From Octopus sinensis (taxonomy: Eukaryota): DNA of 64,000 bases. This document shows positions 13,512 through 27,614 of this stretch, piece after piece. Each line of letters starts with the position of its first letter. The stretch's first letter is position 1. The stretch is from assembly GCF_006345805.1 (NCBI RefSeq), contig NC_043012.1, forward strand, positions 55,552,001-55,616,000, read 5' to 3'. The position numbers and the translations under genes are program-made. The notes under the pieces were generated by a model. That model saw only the letters and a program-made list of their open reading frames with translations, did not search any database and was not told where the DNA came from.

Positions 13512-16500
13512 CACCTAATAATTTCAAACAAGATGAGAGAAAATAACAAGAAATCAGATCGAACTCATTTTGCCCCACCACCATCCATAGTAAGATATAC
13601 AGACAGCTGAATATGAGAATATATAATCTCATAGCAGCTATTGTAATAATATGTTAGTACCTGTTTTTGAGGAGGCTTTTTTTCTGACTTACAAAAACGT
13701 ATTGGTCAGTTTGTTTAGGTCCCCATAACACATCGATTCAGTAAACGTACTGGGGTTGATCTATTCTACTAAGACTTTCCAAGATGGTGCTCCAGCATGT
13801 CCCAAGTCCAAAAATCGAAATCAAATTTGATGACTGGCATCCATGCTTGCAGGGTGCAAAGAGCACCATACGAGTGTGATCCTTGACAGAGCGGCTAGCC
13901 GGCTTCCGTGCCAGTGGCACATAAAAGACACCATTCGAATGTGATCGTTACCAGTGTCGCCTTACTGGCACTCGAGCCCCGTGCTAGTAGGGTGTTAAAA
14001 GCACCATCCAAGCATGATCGTTACCAGCATCGCCTTACTGGCACCTGTGCCGGTTGCATGTGTAAAAGATTTGAGCGAGTTCGTTGCCAGTACTGCCTGA
14101 CTGGCCCTGTGCCGGTGGCATGTAAAAGCACCCACTACACTCTTGGAGTGGTTGGCATTAGGAAGGGCATCCAGCTGTAGAAACTCTGCCAGATCAGATT
14201 GGAGTCTGGTGCAGCCATCTGGTTCACCAGCCCTCAGTTATTCATCCAACCCATGCTAGCATGGAAAGCGGACGTTAAACGATGATGATGATGATATATA
14301 TATATAAACACTTGTAAATGTGAAAGTGTGTGGAGATATATTGGTATTCGTGTTGAAGAAAGAATATAATATAATAATATATAAAAAGCTGCTATGATAG
14401 TATACAGTAAGATATATAGACATCAGTAGTTAGGAAAATAAATAGTGAATTACGCATAGATGTAGTTAAAGAAGGTATATTTAACCCTTTAGCGTTCAGA
14501 TTAATTTGTCAACAGTAACCCTTATTTATTCACATTTAAAAAAATTTATCTGATATTATTTTGTACCTTCAAGATAGGAAAGATGTAATTGCTTATTTTT
14601 AGAATGACATTGCAGGGTAGGTGTGAGATGCATGTTCTGGCCAGTTTGAGCATAAAATGTGTAGAATATTTGGGCCGGATACAGCCGGTTTAAACACTAA
14701 AGGGTTAAATATCTACCACTCTATCACACAGCACAAGCACTCCATTGATGAGCCCTTAGATGACTTTTAAGACCAGCTGCTGACTGACAGGGTTTAAAAC
14801 ACAAGTGACAGATATTATTTAGGTTTCTTCTACATCTTTGCCATTTGGAATCTGATTCTAAAGGAATGTCTTTTGTGAACTAGCATATGTCTTTAAGTCC
14901 AGATATTGTCTTACAATATATACATATCCAAACAAGGCTGTGAGCTGACAGAAACGTTAGCATGCCAGGTGAAATGCTTGGCGATATTTTGTCTGTCTTT
15001 ACATCCTGAGTTCAGATTCCACCAAGGTCGATTTTGCCTTTCATCCTTTTGGGGTTAATAAATTCAGTACCAGTTGCGTATTTGGGTCGATCTATTCGAC
15101 TGCCCCAACTCCCCCCAAAATTTCGGGCCTTGTGCCTAGAGTCAAAAAGAATATATCCAAACACACACATCCCATCATCATTATCATTAATGTTTCTCTT
15201 CTGTGCTGGCCTGAGTTGGGTGGTTTGATTGGATCCGGTGAACCAGAGGACTACTTCAAGCTTCAGTGTCTGCTTTGTTATGTTTTCTACAGTTGGATGC
15301 CCATCCTAATGTTTCCTGGGTACATGTTTTCATGGCACCAGCACAAGTGAGGTCACTAAGTAACTCACAAGACAAGACAGCTCAAATGAGTTGGAGTGTG
15401 ATACTTAGCGAGGTGCCTGTATTCCAAGTGCTGAGAGGCTAAATTATAATAGATGGACAGAAATAGGTGGCTTACTGTAAACAAATGGCTAATTCAGCTG
15501 GAAAGGGAGAAATAATGGTGGTGATGAGATTTTAGGGTGTCGCCTCAAGGTACAAGAATATGATTATAAAAGAAAAAGGGGACAGATGACTGGGAAGGGT
15601 AAGCAAGGAGAATGACAGAGTTAGAAATGAGGATAGAAATGAATGCAGTGAAAAGTGAGCAAGGAGAGGTTGATGGTAAATATCAGGTGGGTTGCGATGA
15701 AGATAATAGGAGTGGGTCAGAGAAGAGGAGGTGCAGGTGCATGGCTTAGTGGTTAGGATGTTTAGCACTCATAATTGTAAGATTTTGGTTTCAATTCCTG
15801 GACTGGGCAATGCATTGTGTTCTTGAGCAAAGCACTTCATTTCAAGTTGCTCCAATGCACTCAGCTGGTAAACATAAGTAATCCTGCAACAGGCCAGCGT
15901 CCCATCCAGGGAGGAATATACACACCAAGAAACTGGCCCTATGCTCCTTGCGGAGTGATGAGGACTGACCATACCCTAACCAGAGAGGAGAAGGAGAAGT
16001 GACAGAGCAAAAGGTTGTGGTGGCAGTGTGATAAAACTGTAGATAAATGAGAAATAGGAAGCTGTGAAGTGCTGGAGGAAAGAGATAGATCAGAGGTATG
16101 TACACTAGCGTAGCTAGAGTGTGTCGCCCAGGGTGGCCCTTCAGTTTACTGCACCCAGACAACCCTTCAGTTTGCCACTCCCAGACCCCTACAAAAGATA
16201 CTTATTGTCTACAGCAGACCCAAAAGTGGTGCCACATGCTCTATTCCCCTCTAGCTATGCTAGGGGTGGATACTCACTGAGTGACAAAGGTGAAGAGACC
16301 ATAGGTGGCAGATCTGAAAGGGTGTTGAGAAGGATAGCAAATATGGAAGGATGAGATATGACCATCATAAAATGTAGCTTAGGGAAAAGGAGTATTCTCT
16401 ATAAAATAAAATGGGAATAGATAATACTGAGAATGTGGGAAAGGTGACAAAAGAATGTAGTCCCAAAGGCTGGGAGTACAATAGAGGATGGAATATGTGC

Positions 16501-17324
16501 AGTTTTGTTATATAATTACAGCAGCTGAATGAGTAGTGCCATAGTCAGAAGAGTGACAGAGGGATGACAGTTAGGAAGAAGAGTTGTGGGAAATGCTTGA
16601 CAGGAACAGATTTGGTATTGGAACATAGACATACAAGTGGGTGCTGAATTGTTCCTGGCTTTAGCTAAAAGAAAATACAGGAAGACCAGTTAATTACGAT
16701 TTTATTCAACATATTCCCCTCCCAGATTCACACACTTATTACAGCAGTCCTTCAGTTTTTCTAAGCTCTGTGAAAGAACTTGCAAGGTTGGACTCCCAAC
16801 CAGGCTTTTCATGATACCCTTAAAGCCAGGAACTTTTTTTCAGCACCCCTTTGTAAAGTGTGTTTTAGGACCTCATTTCCCCCAAGATTTAGATGAGTCT
16901 TCCTGAGCATGGTGAATCACCAGTCATCTTGTTCCTTTGTCATTTCCTCCATGGGCGTCCAAAATCCTGAAGTCAGTCTTTACTACGGAAACCACATGGT
17001 TGCAAAGTATGTTTCTTAATCACTCAGCCACACCTGCCCCTATAATATTCCCTTTTACTCTTTTACTTGTTTCAGTCATTTGACTGTGGCCATGCTGGAG
17101 CACCACTTTTAATCGAGCAAATCGACCCCAGGACTTATTCTTTGTAAGCCTAGTACTTATTCTATCGGTCTCTTTTGCCAAACCACTAAGTTACGGGGAG
17201 ATAAACACACCAGCATCGGTTGTCAAGCGATGTTGCGGGAGACAAACACAGACACACCAACACATACACACACACATACATACATATATATGTGTATCTA
17301 CCTATCTATCTCTCTCTATATATG

Positions 17325-17389
<65 letters not shown>

Positions 17390-17396
17390 CACATAC

Positions 17397-17471
<75 letters not shown>

Positions 17472-17555
17472 CACACATACATATATATATATTATATATA
17501 TATATACACACATACATATATATATATATATTATATATATACACACATACATATA

Positions 17556-17603
<48 letters not shown>

Positions 17604-17983
17604 CATATATATATATATACATACATATATTCGACAGGATCCTTTCAGTTTCCGCCTCCCAAATCCACTCACAAAGCTTTGGTCAGCCCAAGGTTATAGT
17701 AGAAGATACTTGCCCAAGGTGCCATGCAGTGGGACTGAACCCAGAAGCATGTGATTCGTAAGCAACCTACTTACCACACAGTCACTCTTGCGCCTATTGA
17801 GATTTTTTCAAAAATTTCAGGCCTTGTGCCTAGAGTAGAAAAGAATATTGAGATTTTGTGCCAATATTATCAAAAAGATGTTATATTACCAAGTGATCCA
17901 AAACACCATTTATAACAGTTTTCTTTTCTTTTTGTTTTCGTATTTTCCTCTCTACACTTCTCTGTGAAATTTGCTACTACAAG

Positions 17984-18073
17984 ATGGAACAGACCAATGC
18001 TAAAAGAGTAAATGAGGAAGAACATGAAGGAAATAGTGTGAAAAAACAGAAATTGGAAACCATATCAACAGAG
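17984..18073 (+). CDS. PUS7: PUS7 coding exon 1 (MEQTNAKRVNEEEHEGNSVKKQKLETISTE)
   Basis: Long pyrimidine tract, then tacaAG|ATG; donor GAG|gtgagt; 90 nt, phase 0, joins exon 2 in frame. The low-complexity N-terminus is inferred from splice signals and phase, not homology. Confidence 0.7.
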
Positions 18074-19921
18074 GTGAGTATCTGAAAGATGCAATATGTT
18101 TGAAGTTTAATTTTACAGTCACATAGTTGTTACAGCATGTGGACTTTATCCTCTTGTCTGTACTTATTAAACTTGAATGAAAATTTTCAAATTTGGTTAT
18201 TGATGTGATTTTTCACGTTAAATCTCAGGGCCTAATTTACTTGATGTACTTGTTTCAGAAAATTTTTTTTAATTATGAGGGTTTGATAATTTTTACCCAG
18301 TCAGACAACAGGATTTGGAAGCTGTCATTCTGTACGTGACAAAACAATAATGTCAACATTACAACGATAGCATGTGTTTTAAGCATTTAATAATAAAAAA
18401 TGACCAAAAATAAATAAATGATACATATTTTGTAGTTTTAAGCATTCAGTATCCCTTTAACCCTTTCGTTACCAACACGGCTGAAACCGGCTCTGGCTCT
18501 GTGGTACAAATGTCTTGTTTTCATAAGTTTTGAATTAAAATTTTCCACCAAACCTTAGTCACAATTTATGTTCCTAACACTAGCTGAAAGATAACTAAGT
18601 TATTTTACTAAATTCTTTGTTATATTTAAAGTAATTGAAAGAAACACAGAGTATCTCAAAATAAATACAGTTGCGAAAGGGTTAATGTAAGGCGGCGAGC
18701 TGACAGAAACATTAGCATGCCAGATGAAATGCTTAGCGGTATTTCATGTCTTTACATTCTGAGTTCAAATTCCGCTGAGGTCAACTTTGCTTTTCACCCT
18801 TTCGGGCTCAATAAATTATGTACCAGTTGCATACTGGAGTCAATCTAATCAACTGGCCCCCTCCCCCAAAATTTCAGGCCTTGTGCCTAGAGTAGAAATA
18901 TGCCTTTAATGTGAAAAAAATTAGTAAAACACATATCCGTTGGAGCAGAGAAAACAAACAGTAATTCCGGTTCGGAAAAAAAAAATGAGTAAACAGCACA
19001 TTTTGTAGTCCAGTTAATGAAAAATGAAAGTTTTACAATGCACTCAAGTAATATTTCAGACAAATTACAATTTTCATATCTCCTGCGCCACATAAACTCT
19101 CAGAGATATGAGTCAACCATAGAACGGTGAGTACCACTGTACCATTTACTATCTCCCTTTACTTTCCATTGGTTGCATGTGGATGTCATCTTTCAATTTA
19201 ATAAACCCAACGCTCTGATTGGCTGTATGCAAATGAGTTCATTACAGGGGTCCAGAACTCTCATGGGGGAAAAAATTTCACAGACAGGAAGCAACAGACT
19301 GCTAAGCAGGCTATACAACAGCTTGGCTTGTTACTATGGAAACAGTCACTAATATGTTTGTGGCTTTTAATTGGCTAAAATTACCCTAAATTTGCAAACT
19401 TAAAAAGCTATTTACTGTTTATTGATTGATTTATGGCAAAAATGAATTTCAAATCAGTAATGAGCAATACAAAACTGGCAGGGTCACCAAATAACTTGCA
19501 AGACAAAGATCCTTTGAGAAGGGAGGGAGTATTGGAGGAGGGGATCCTGTGCCAGATGGTGTAAGGTTAGAGTGTGACAGAGAGTGAAAAACATTTCTTG
19601 TAGAAATGATACTGGTCAGAAAAAGAGAGAGAGGGATCAAGAATGAAGACAGAAACAGGTGTGGTGCTGTGGAGGAGATACATGGTTAACCAGTCAGTGG
19701 GAGAGAGCAAGAGAATATACTCTTTTACTCTTTTACTTGTTTCAGTCATTTGACTGCGGCCATGCTGGAGCACCGCCTTTAGTCGAGCAAATTGACCCCA
19801 GGACTTATTCTATCGGTCTCTTTTGCCGAACCGCTAAGTGACGGGGACGTAAACACACCAGCATCGGTTGTCAAGCAATGCTAGGGGGACAAACACAGAC
19901 ACACAAACATATACACACACA

Positions 19922-19963
<42 letters not shown>

Positions 19964-20259
19964 TACGACGGGCTTCTTTCAGTTTCCGTCTACCAAATCC
20001 ACTCACAAGGCATTGGTCGGCCCGGGGCTATAGCAGAAGACACTTGCCCAAGATGCCATGCAGTGGGACTGAACCCGGAACCAGGTGGTTGGTTAGCAAG
20101 CTACTTACCACACAGCCACTCCTGCGTATATTTATAAACATACATGTATGTGTGTATATATATTTTCTATTTGTCCATATATGTTCTGTGTGCATGTGTG
20201 TATGTGTATAGTAGTTGTAAGATAAAATAATGTAACACTGACTTATTCTGTTTTTTCAG

Positions 20260-20450
20260 ACTGACGTCACAGATGTAAGTCCAAAGACAGAGGAATCGGT
20301 GGCAGCGCTTGATGAAGAGTATGTTAACCCTGACGGTGATGTAGAGGCAGCTGAAAATACCATCCAGAGAAAATCACTGACAGAGAAAGATGTTGGCATC
20401 ACAGAATATATTGGAAAACACGAAGGATTCCATGCCATTTTTAAACAGAG
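20260..20450 (+). CDS. PUS7: PUS7 coding exon 2 (TDVTDV...LTEKDVGITEYIGKHEGFHAIFKQR)
   Basis: ttttttcag| acceptor; encodes the conserved E.DVGITE...GF..I.K.R PUS7 block; donor AG|gtgaac (weak); 191 nt, phase 2. Confidence 0.92.
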
Positions 20451-22587
20451 GTGAACTACTGGACTCCATTTGGAAAGACTTCTCAGCCCGTTCCCCCATT
20501 TTCTCCCAAATTTGTTCATTTAAAAAATTTTTTTTTGCCAAAAATCCCTGTTTTCGGATACGGAGGTTCCAGAAAATTGCCAAAAATTGGCATTGTGAAA
20601 AATTCCCTCCCATCCTTTCCACCCCCAACTTCTTCTGCAACACTAACCCTAAAACCCTCCTAGCCACTCAACGTCTAAAAACTCCCTATTCTAATTTTAT
20701 GATTAAATATTATTAGGAATTGTATTTTTAAAAAAAAATGCTTTGTGTTTTGTAGAAGTAAAACCTTTGTTTATTGCAGATAAATTTTAACAACAAAATC
20801 TTACGTGGACCCCCAAGGGCCATTTGAACCCCAGTTGAGAACCACTGGCAAAGATTATGTGCAGTAGTAGTAGTAGTAATCATTGTAGTAGTGGTTGTGG
20901 TAGTAGTAGTGGTAGTAGTAGTGGTAGTAGTAGTAGTAGTAGTAGTAAGCCTTCCAACGTAATCAGTGTCCTAACTAAATGTTCCCTAAGCAAAATTATT
21001 GGCCCTTTCTCCCTTAAAATCGTGCCCTACTCTCCTAAAAACAGAAGGCTACATTTAATAATTTAATCCTGGATATGCATTTTTTTGATAAAAGGTACGA
21101 CGGGATGGCTATGGCTTGAATGCTTTAGATTGTCAGTCCACTGGATCTGACTTGAGGTGACCTGGGGCTAAAGAACAACAGCTACAGTGGTTTTTATTTA
21201 TTTATTATTTTTTGAGAAAGCGCAAAGGCCCTATAATTGAAGAGTGCTAGAAATGGGATGCTGTGATGTTCATGCACTTTTTTTTGTCATGAATGACATT
21301 GGAAAAGGAAATTACTTGCAACTTGAAATTCAAATCATATCACAGCATCTTATACCTTGTGGCCTATGCCAGGGGTGTAACCAGCCCACTTATGCGTGCC
21401 TTTCTTCATTGGACACTAAACCCTGCTTGTGAAGACCAGTTGAGGCAAGTGAAATCGAAATCGAAATCAAATTCAATGACTGGCATCCGTGCTAAGAATA
21501 CCATATGAGTGAGATCGTTGCCAGAGCAACAAGCTGGCCTCCGTGCTGATGGCACGTTAAAAACACCATTTGAGTGTGATCGTTACCTGCATCACCATAC
21601 TAGCACTTGTGCTGGTGGCACAGGAAAAAACATTCGAGTGAGGTCGTTGCCAGTGCAGGTGGCACATAAAAAGCACCATTTGAGCGTGGTCGTTGCCAGT
21701 ACCGCCTGACTGGCCCTCGTACCGGTGGCATGTAAAAGTACCAACTGCACTCTTGCAGTGGTTGGTGTTAGGAAGGGCATCCAGCTGTAGAAACTCTGCC
21801 AGATCAAAATTGGAGTCTGGTGCAACCATCTGGTTTGCCAGTCCTCAGTCAAATCGTCCGACCCATGCTAGCATGGAAAACGGACGTTAAACGATGATGA
21901 TGATGAACTGACCAAGAGCTTATACCTTGCTTAATTCAGAGTATTGACTGACCAGCAGCTTACCCATTGCTCTGTTCACATGTTCACAGCATCAGCTGAC
22001 CAAGAACTCGTCCCTTGCTTTATTTGCAGTATTGACTGGGCTCTATTTTACCCATTAAGTCTCTCTTTACTCTTTACCTGTTTTAGTCATCCGACTGTAA
22101 CCATGCTGGAGCACCACCTCCAGTCGAGCAAATCGACCCCAGGACTTATTCTTTGTAAGCCTAGTACTTATTCTATCGGTCACACCAGCATCGGTTGTCA
22201 AGCGATGTTGGGGAACAAACACAGACACACAAACACACGCACACACATATATACGACGGACTTCTTTCAGTTTCCGTCTACCAAATCCACTCACAAGGCT
22301 TTGGTCGGCCCGAGGCTATAGTAGAAGACACTTGCCCAAGGTGTCACGCAGTGGGACTGAACCCGGAACCATGTGGTTGGTAAGCAAGCTACTTACCACA
22401 CAGCCACTCCAGCGTCTATTCACAATATTGACTGACCAGCAACTTGCCTCTTTTCATGGCTGGAATACCTGTGACCATGGGTTTGCTCAACTGGGGCTGA
22501 TCTGAGAACTAAACAAGAACAACAACAATATCTAATTAAATCGAATGATTAAAATTTTAACTTCAAATTTCTATTTCTGGTCCACAG

Positions 22588-22675
22588 ATTTTCTGATTTT
22601 ATTGTAAATGAAATTGATATGAAAGGAGAGATTGTCAAGTTAACAGATATCTCAAAACCAAAAACCCCAACAAAA
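22588..22675 (+). CDS. PUS7: PUS7 coding exon 3 (FSDFIVNEIDMKGEIVKLTDISKPKTPTK)
   Basis: ccacag| and |gtatgt; R-F-S-D-F-I-V-N-E-I matches the TruD-family motif; 88 nt. Confidence 0.95.
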
Positions 22676-23288
22676 GTATGTATTTAATTTCTTTTCTATT
22701 TTATCATTCAATGAGGGAGGGGTGGGTTTTTTTTTCTTTTTTCCTTCATTTTTTTTCTTTTTTTGCTTTTTGATATGAAGTGGTTGTCTTGGTTTGGGTT
22801 TTGCTTTTATCTGCTAGCATTTTAGACACAGTTGTGGCCGTGTAGTTAAGAAGTTTGCTTCCCAACCACATAAGTTTAGGTTCAGTCCCCTGTGTGGCAC
22901 CTTGAGCAAGTGTCTGCTAGTATAGCCTTGGACTAACAAAGCACTGTGGGTGGATTTAGTTGACAATTATTGAAAGAAGCCCCACCCTCCCCATCATGCA
23001 TGTGTATATATATATATATATATATATACCAAATATATACGTTTTTTTTTTTATTATTTTGCAATTTACTTAATCATCGGTATATTATTATTTTAATTTT
23101 AATATTTCTATTATATGTAATTTTCTAGATGGTGTAATTTTATTGTTCATTTTGAATTGATAAAAGGTGGTTTTTTTCTAATTTATATATATATATATAT
23201 TATATTTTGTGAAATTTGATTTAGTATTTCTAAACTGAATTTTTCCCTGTAAGTTAGGAATAATATTTCCTCAAATTATTATTATATA

Positions 23289-23319
<31 letters not shown>

Positions 23320-23884
23320 TGTGTGTGCGCGTGTGTGTGTATATTATCTTGTATCTTTTACTTCTTTCACTCGTTTGACTACAGCCATGCTGGAGCACTG
23401 ACTTGAAGAATGTTAAATCAAATGAATCAACCCCAGTACTTTTTTTTAAGCCTGCTACTTATTTTGTCAGTCTCTTATGCTGAACTGTTAAGTTACAGGG
23501 ACATAAACACACCAACACCAGTTGTCAAGCAGTGGGTGAGTGGACAAACTCTGATACAAAGATACAATGCGGATTGCAGGACTCACTGAACATCTCAAAC
23601 ACATATTGCAGGCTTGGGGATCCCATCATCTTAGGGACCCTCCGGTCAAGAGGCAGGAAATAAAAAAAGAGGTGCATAGCTTAGTAGTTAGGGTGTTGGA
23701 CTCATGATCATAAGATTGTGGTTTCAATTCCTGGACTGGGCAATGCATTGTGTTCTTGAGCAAAACACTTCATTTCACGTTGCTTCAGCCCACTCAGCTG
23801 GTGAAAATGAGTGACCCTGCAACGGACAAGTGTCCTGTGCATAGGGGAAATATATGTGCCATGCAAACTGGGAAATCAGCCCTA

Positions 23885-24300
23885 TGACTCAGAAAGATCT
23901 ATCTGGAATGGTGCTGCTTTTGCTGCTCGTGAATGCATCCTGGATTTTATCCAAAGACAGGCCATTCGACTGATTGGCATAAAATCACAAGCAGACATAC
24001 TCCAGCCTCTGATTCATAGACATGCTGTGTCCCCTCTCTCTGCCTTTTCTATCACAACTGTAATAGTCTCGGTTCCTTGAAGGTGGCTGGTCTTGAGTCA
24101 CCTCTACTAAGGCACTTCTGGCTCATTCATCTCTCCTCTCCCTGCCACCAAACCTCGCATTATTCTCTATGCTCAGTCGTGCTTTCTCAAGAACATGAGC
24201 CTCTCAGGAACTCCTTCCCTGTTCATGTTTTTCTTGAAGATGCTGACTTGCAACAAGCTTAAGCAGAATGTTAACAACATTAATTTCACCAGCCTTGGCA
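23885..24300 (+). mobile_element. Degenerate CR1/L2/Jockey-group LINE ORF2 3' fragment (approximate)
   Basis: Frameshifted IW.GA......LD.IQRQAIRLIG......LQPL.HR..V..LS.F pattern typical of the LINE RT C-terminal region. Confidence 0.6.
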
Positions 24301-24482
24301 GGATGTGAAGGCTGTAATTATTGCCCCATCCTCTAGATCCAGCAAGTAAAAAAGAAAAACAATCATGTTACTTCGATAAGCCAAATTTAAAAGGAAGAAA
24401 AATTTTTTATATATTTGATTGTATGATTATGACAATTCCATATTCTCTACAGCCCTTTTTTTTTTTTGTTTCCATTTGGAAG

Positions 24483-24581
24483 GTTCTTGTTGATGTTGGT
24501 GATTGTCTTTCTGCTGAAAATATTGAGAAGCTAAATGAGATCTCAACAAAACGGGATAAAAATTCTTCAGTTATTCTTGAG
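24483..24581 (+). CDS. PUS7: PUS7 coding exon 4 (VLVDVGDCLSAENIEKLNEISTKRDKNSSVILE)
   Basis: Poly-T tract then ggaag|; donor GAG|gtaaat; 99 nt, phase 0/0; resembles the L..E....L.E...K....SV..E segment of vertebrate PUS7. Confidence 0.85.
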
Positions 24582-25496
24582 GTAAATATTTGTTTTGCAC
24601 CTTCAGCTTCAAAGGCTGATCGTATGCTCTCTCTCTCTCTCACCTAAGAATTCTTTTTTTTCTTTTTGTATTTGCATTCTAATATTCCTGATATGAAATC
24701 ATGTGTTGAAACAGAAATTGCTGTACTTAGTCATGCTGTAAATTAAAGCACATACACTGATTGAATTTCACTTCAGTTTTATTAGCCAATTAATTAATTG
24801 ATTGATTAACTATTTGGTTAGCATTTTTCACTATAGCCTGTGTCCCTATCGACAATACTCCTTCTACACATTCTCTGCACTGTCACAACACAATCTTTGT
24901 TCTTTGCTTAAGACTTAGCATTTTTCCAGTTGAATTTTATTCTTTTTCTCTGCTTATTTTAGATATGCTATACAGAGAAAAAAAAGCTTTCAGTTAAGTC
25001 ATTGTGATAGAACATTGATAAAGAACATTATTTAGTTCCATAAGCTCTTCACCTCCCTATGGAGCTTAGGCCATTGACAACTTTTCACCACTATTCTCAA
25101 CTCTGCGCCCGGAGGGAAGGCCTTCCTCTCCCAGGTCTTGTTGGTTTCGAATCATCATCGATGCTTCTCTAACTTTGCTTTTTTTCTATGTAGGGATGTG
25201 TTGGTCTTATGCGAACCCATTTTTACTTCTGGGAAGACGTGGTCCATAATTAGTTTGGCCTTTATCCTTTGACCTGCCCAGTATGAGAGGCCCTGCCAGG
25301 AGTTTGTGCTCTGTTGACATAGTTCTCAGGGTCATTGAGGCATACAAGCCACCACATTACAATAAGGGCTGGAACTTGTGGTGGAATATATGGAACTTAC
25401 CAGCACATTAATTAAAATGACTTCAACTGACTATAATTTATTATTATTATCATTATTATTATTTACTTTTAATTAGAAATCTATTTGTGATTGTAG

Positions 25497-25626
25497 GCTG
25501 GAGATGACAAAGCTGAGCGAACTAAGATGCATCAAGCTATCCGTGATGGTTTTATTGGCTTAGAAAGTACTACAGAAGTGATTAACAACAAAAAAGTCAT
25601 CAAAGTGGTTCTGCAGGGCTCAAAAG
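25497..25626 (+). CDS. PUS7: PUS7 coding exon 5 (AGDDKAERTKMHQAIRDGFIGLESTTEVINNKKVIKVVLQGSK)
   Basis: ttgtag| and G|gtaaac; K..RT..HQAI...F.GLE..T motif; 130 nt. Confidence 0.93.
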
Positions 25627-25971
25627 GTAAACCCACATATCTTTACTAACATCATAATATACATAGGTACAGGTGTGACTGTGTGGTAAGAAGCTTGCTT
25701 CCCAGCCACATGGTTCCAGGTCTGGCGCCACTGTGTAGCACCTTGGGCAAGTGTCTTCTGCTATAGCCTCGGGCCGACCAAAGCCTTTTGAGCAGATTTG
25801 GTTGACAGAAATTAAAAGAAGCCATCATATATAGATAGCTGACAACTGATGAAGGGTCATTCTCTGTTTACTTGTCCTGTTTTCCTTTTTTTTTCTCTCA
25901 TTCTTTGAGTATTTAACTTGTTTGTTTTCGTATTTCATGTTGTTTACACAGTTGGTGACGTCCAGTACCCA

Positions 25972-26011
<40 letters not shown>

Positions 26012-26543
26012 GGTGCAGGCATGGCTGTGTGGTAAGAAGCTTGCTTCCCAACCACATGGTTCCAGGTTCAGTCCGACTGTATGGTATCTTGGGAAAGTGT
26101 TGGACCAATCAAAGCCTTGTAAGTGGATTTGGTAGATGGAAACCGAAAGAAGCCATTGTATATATGTGTGTGTGTATAAATCTGTGTGTGTGTCTTTGTG
26201 TCTGTTTGCCCCACCACCACCACCTCCCACTGCTTGACAACCATGCTGGCATGTGTTGGATGGTTTGATTGGGCTTGCACGCTGGAAGGCTGCGCCAGGC
26301 TCCAGTCTGATTTGGCATGCTGTTCCTTATGCCAACCACTCCGAGAGTGTAATAGGTGCTTTTACAGGCTACCGGCACAGGTGCCATTTGCATGACACCG
26401 GTATCTGCCATGACTGTGATTTTGTTTGGCTTCATGGGTCTTCTTCTCAAGCACAACATAATGCCAAAGGTCTTGATCATTGACTCCATGAGGCCTAACA
26501 CTTGAACGGAACTCACCCACCTCACCTCCATGACGCCCAACAC

Positions 26544-26588
<45 letters not shown>

Positions 26589-27328
26589 TATATATATACA
26601 TACATACATACATACATACATACATACATACGTACACATATATATATATATATTGGGAGGGACCCCCTTCGGTCACAACACTGACCATGGGATTGCACCT
26701 AGAAAGTTACCCTCCTAGTCACAAGTCTGGGCAAGGTGGTTTATGGAAGACCAGCAGTTGCCCATGCATACCGGCCTCCGCTCTCCACGCTACCAGTGTT
26801 ATCCAAGGGAAAGGCAAAGGCCGATACAGCCTGGCACCCGTGATGTTTCTACAGCTGAGTGAACTGGAGCAACGTGAAATAAAATGTTTTGCTCAAGAAC
26901 ACAACATGCAGCCTGGTCCGGGATTCGAGCTCACAACCTCATGATCGTAAGCTCAACGCTCTAATCACTGAGCCGTTTGCCTTCACATATATATATACTC
27001 ACATACATACATCATCATCATCGTCGTTTAGCATATATGACAGGCTTCTTTCAGTTTCTGTCTACCAAATCCACCCACAATGCCTTTGGTCGGATTGAGG
27101 CAATAGTAGAAGATACTTGCCCAAGGTGCCATGCAGTGAGATTGAACCTAGAACCAGGTAGTTGGAAAGCAAGCTTCTTACTACAAAGTCATTCCTGCAC
27201 CTATATATATATTTACCGATTTTTACCAATTTGCTACCTGCCATTGACGACAGGTGAGGTTTTAGTATTTTCTTTTTCAACCAATTGATATTTTCTGTGT
27301 TTTTTTTTTTCTTACCTTTAATTTTCAG

Positions 27329-27443
27329 GTCGTAATGCCCGTGGTTCTTGGCCCCAGAAGAGAGGAAACTATTGTAAGTTTGTACTTTATAAGGAGAACA
27401 AAGACACTATGGATGCCATCAACTTTATTGCAAATAAACTCAG
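27329..27443 (+). CDS. PUS7: PUS7 coding exon 6 ([39 protein letters not shown])
   Basis: ttttcag| and AG|gtaaag; [22 protein letters not shown] motif; 115 nt. Confidence 0.97.
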
Positions 27444-27614
27444 GTAAAGTACCCTGTTATTTAGTATTTCAAGGTGGCGGTGGCGGCAACAGTTGTCTCA
27501 CTAGTTATAATAGTAGTAGTAATTTTGGTGGTGGTGATAGCAGTAACAGTTGTAACAGTAGTAGCAGTAGTAGTTGTTTTGGTAGTGAACATGTTATGGT
27601 AGTTTTGCTATAAG

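Noticed and set aside
24453-24482. In-frame upstream acceptor adding PFFFFVSIWK to exon 4
   Set aside because: The added segment is the polypyrimidine tract of the 24483 acceptor, and the peptide is implausible.
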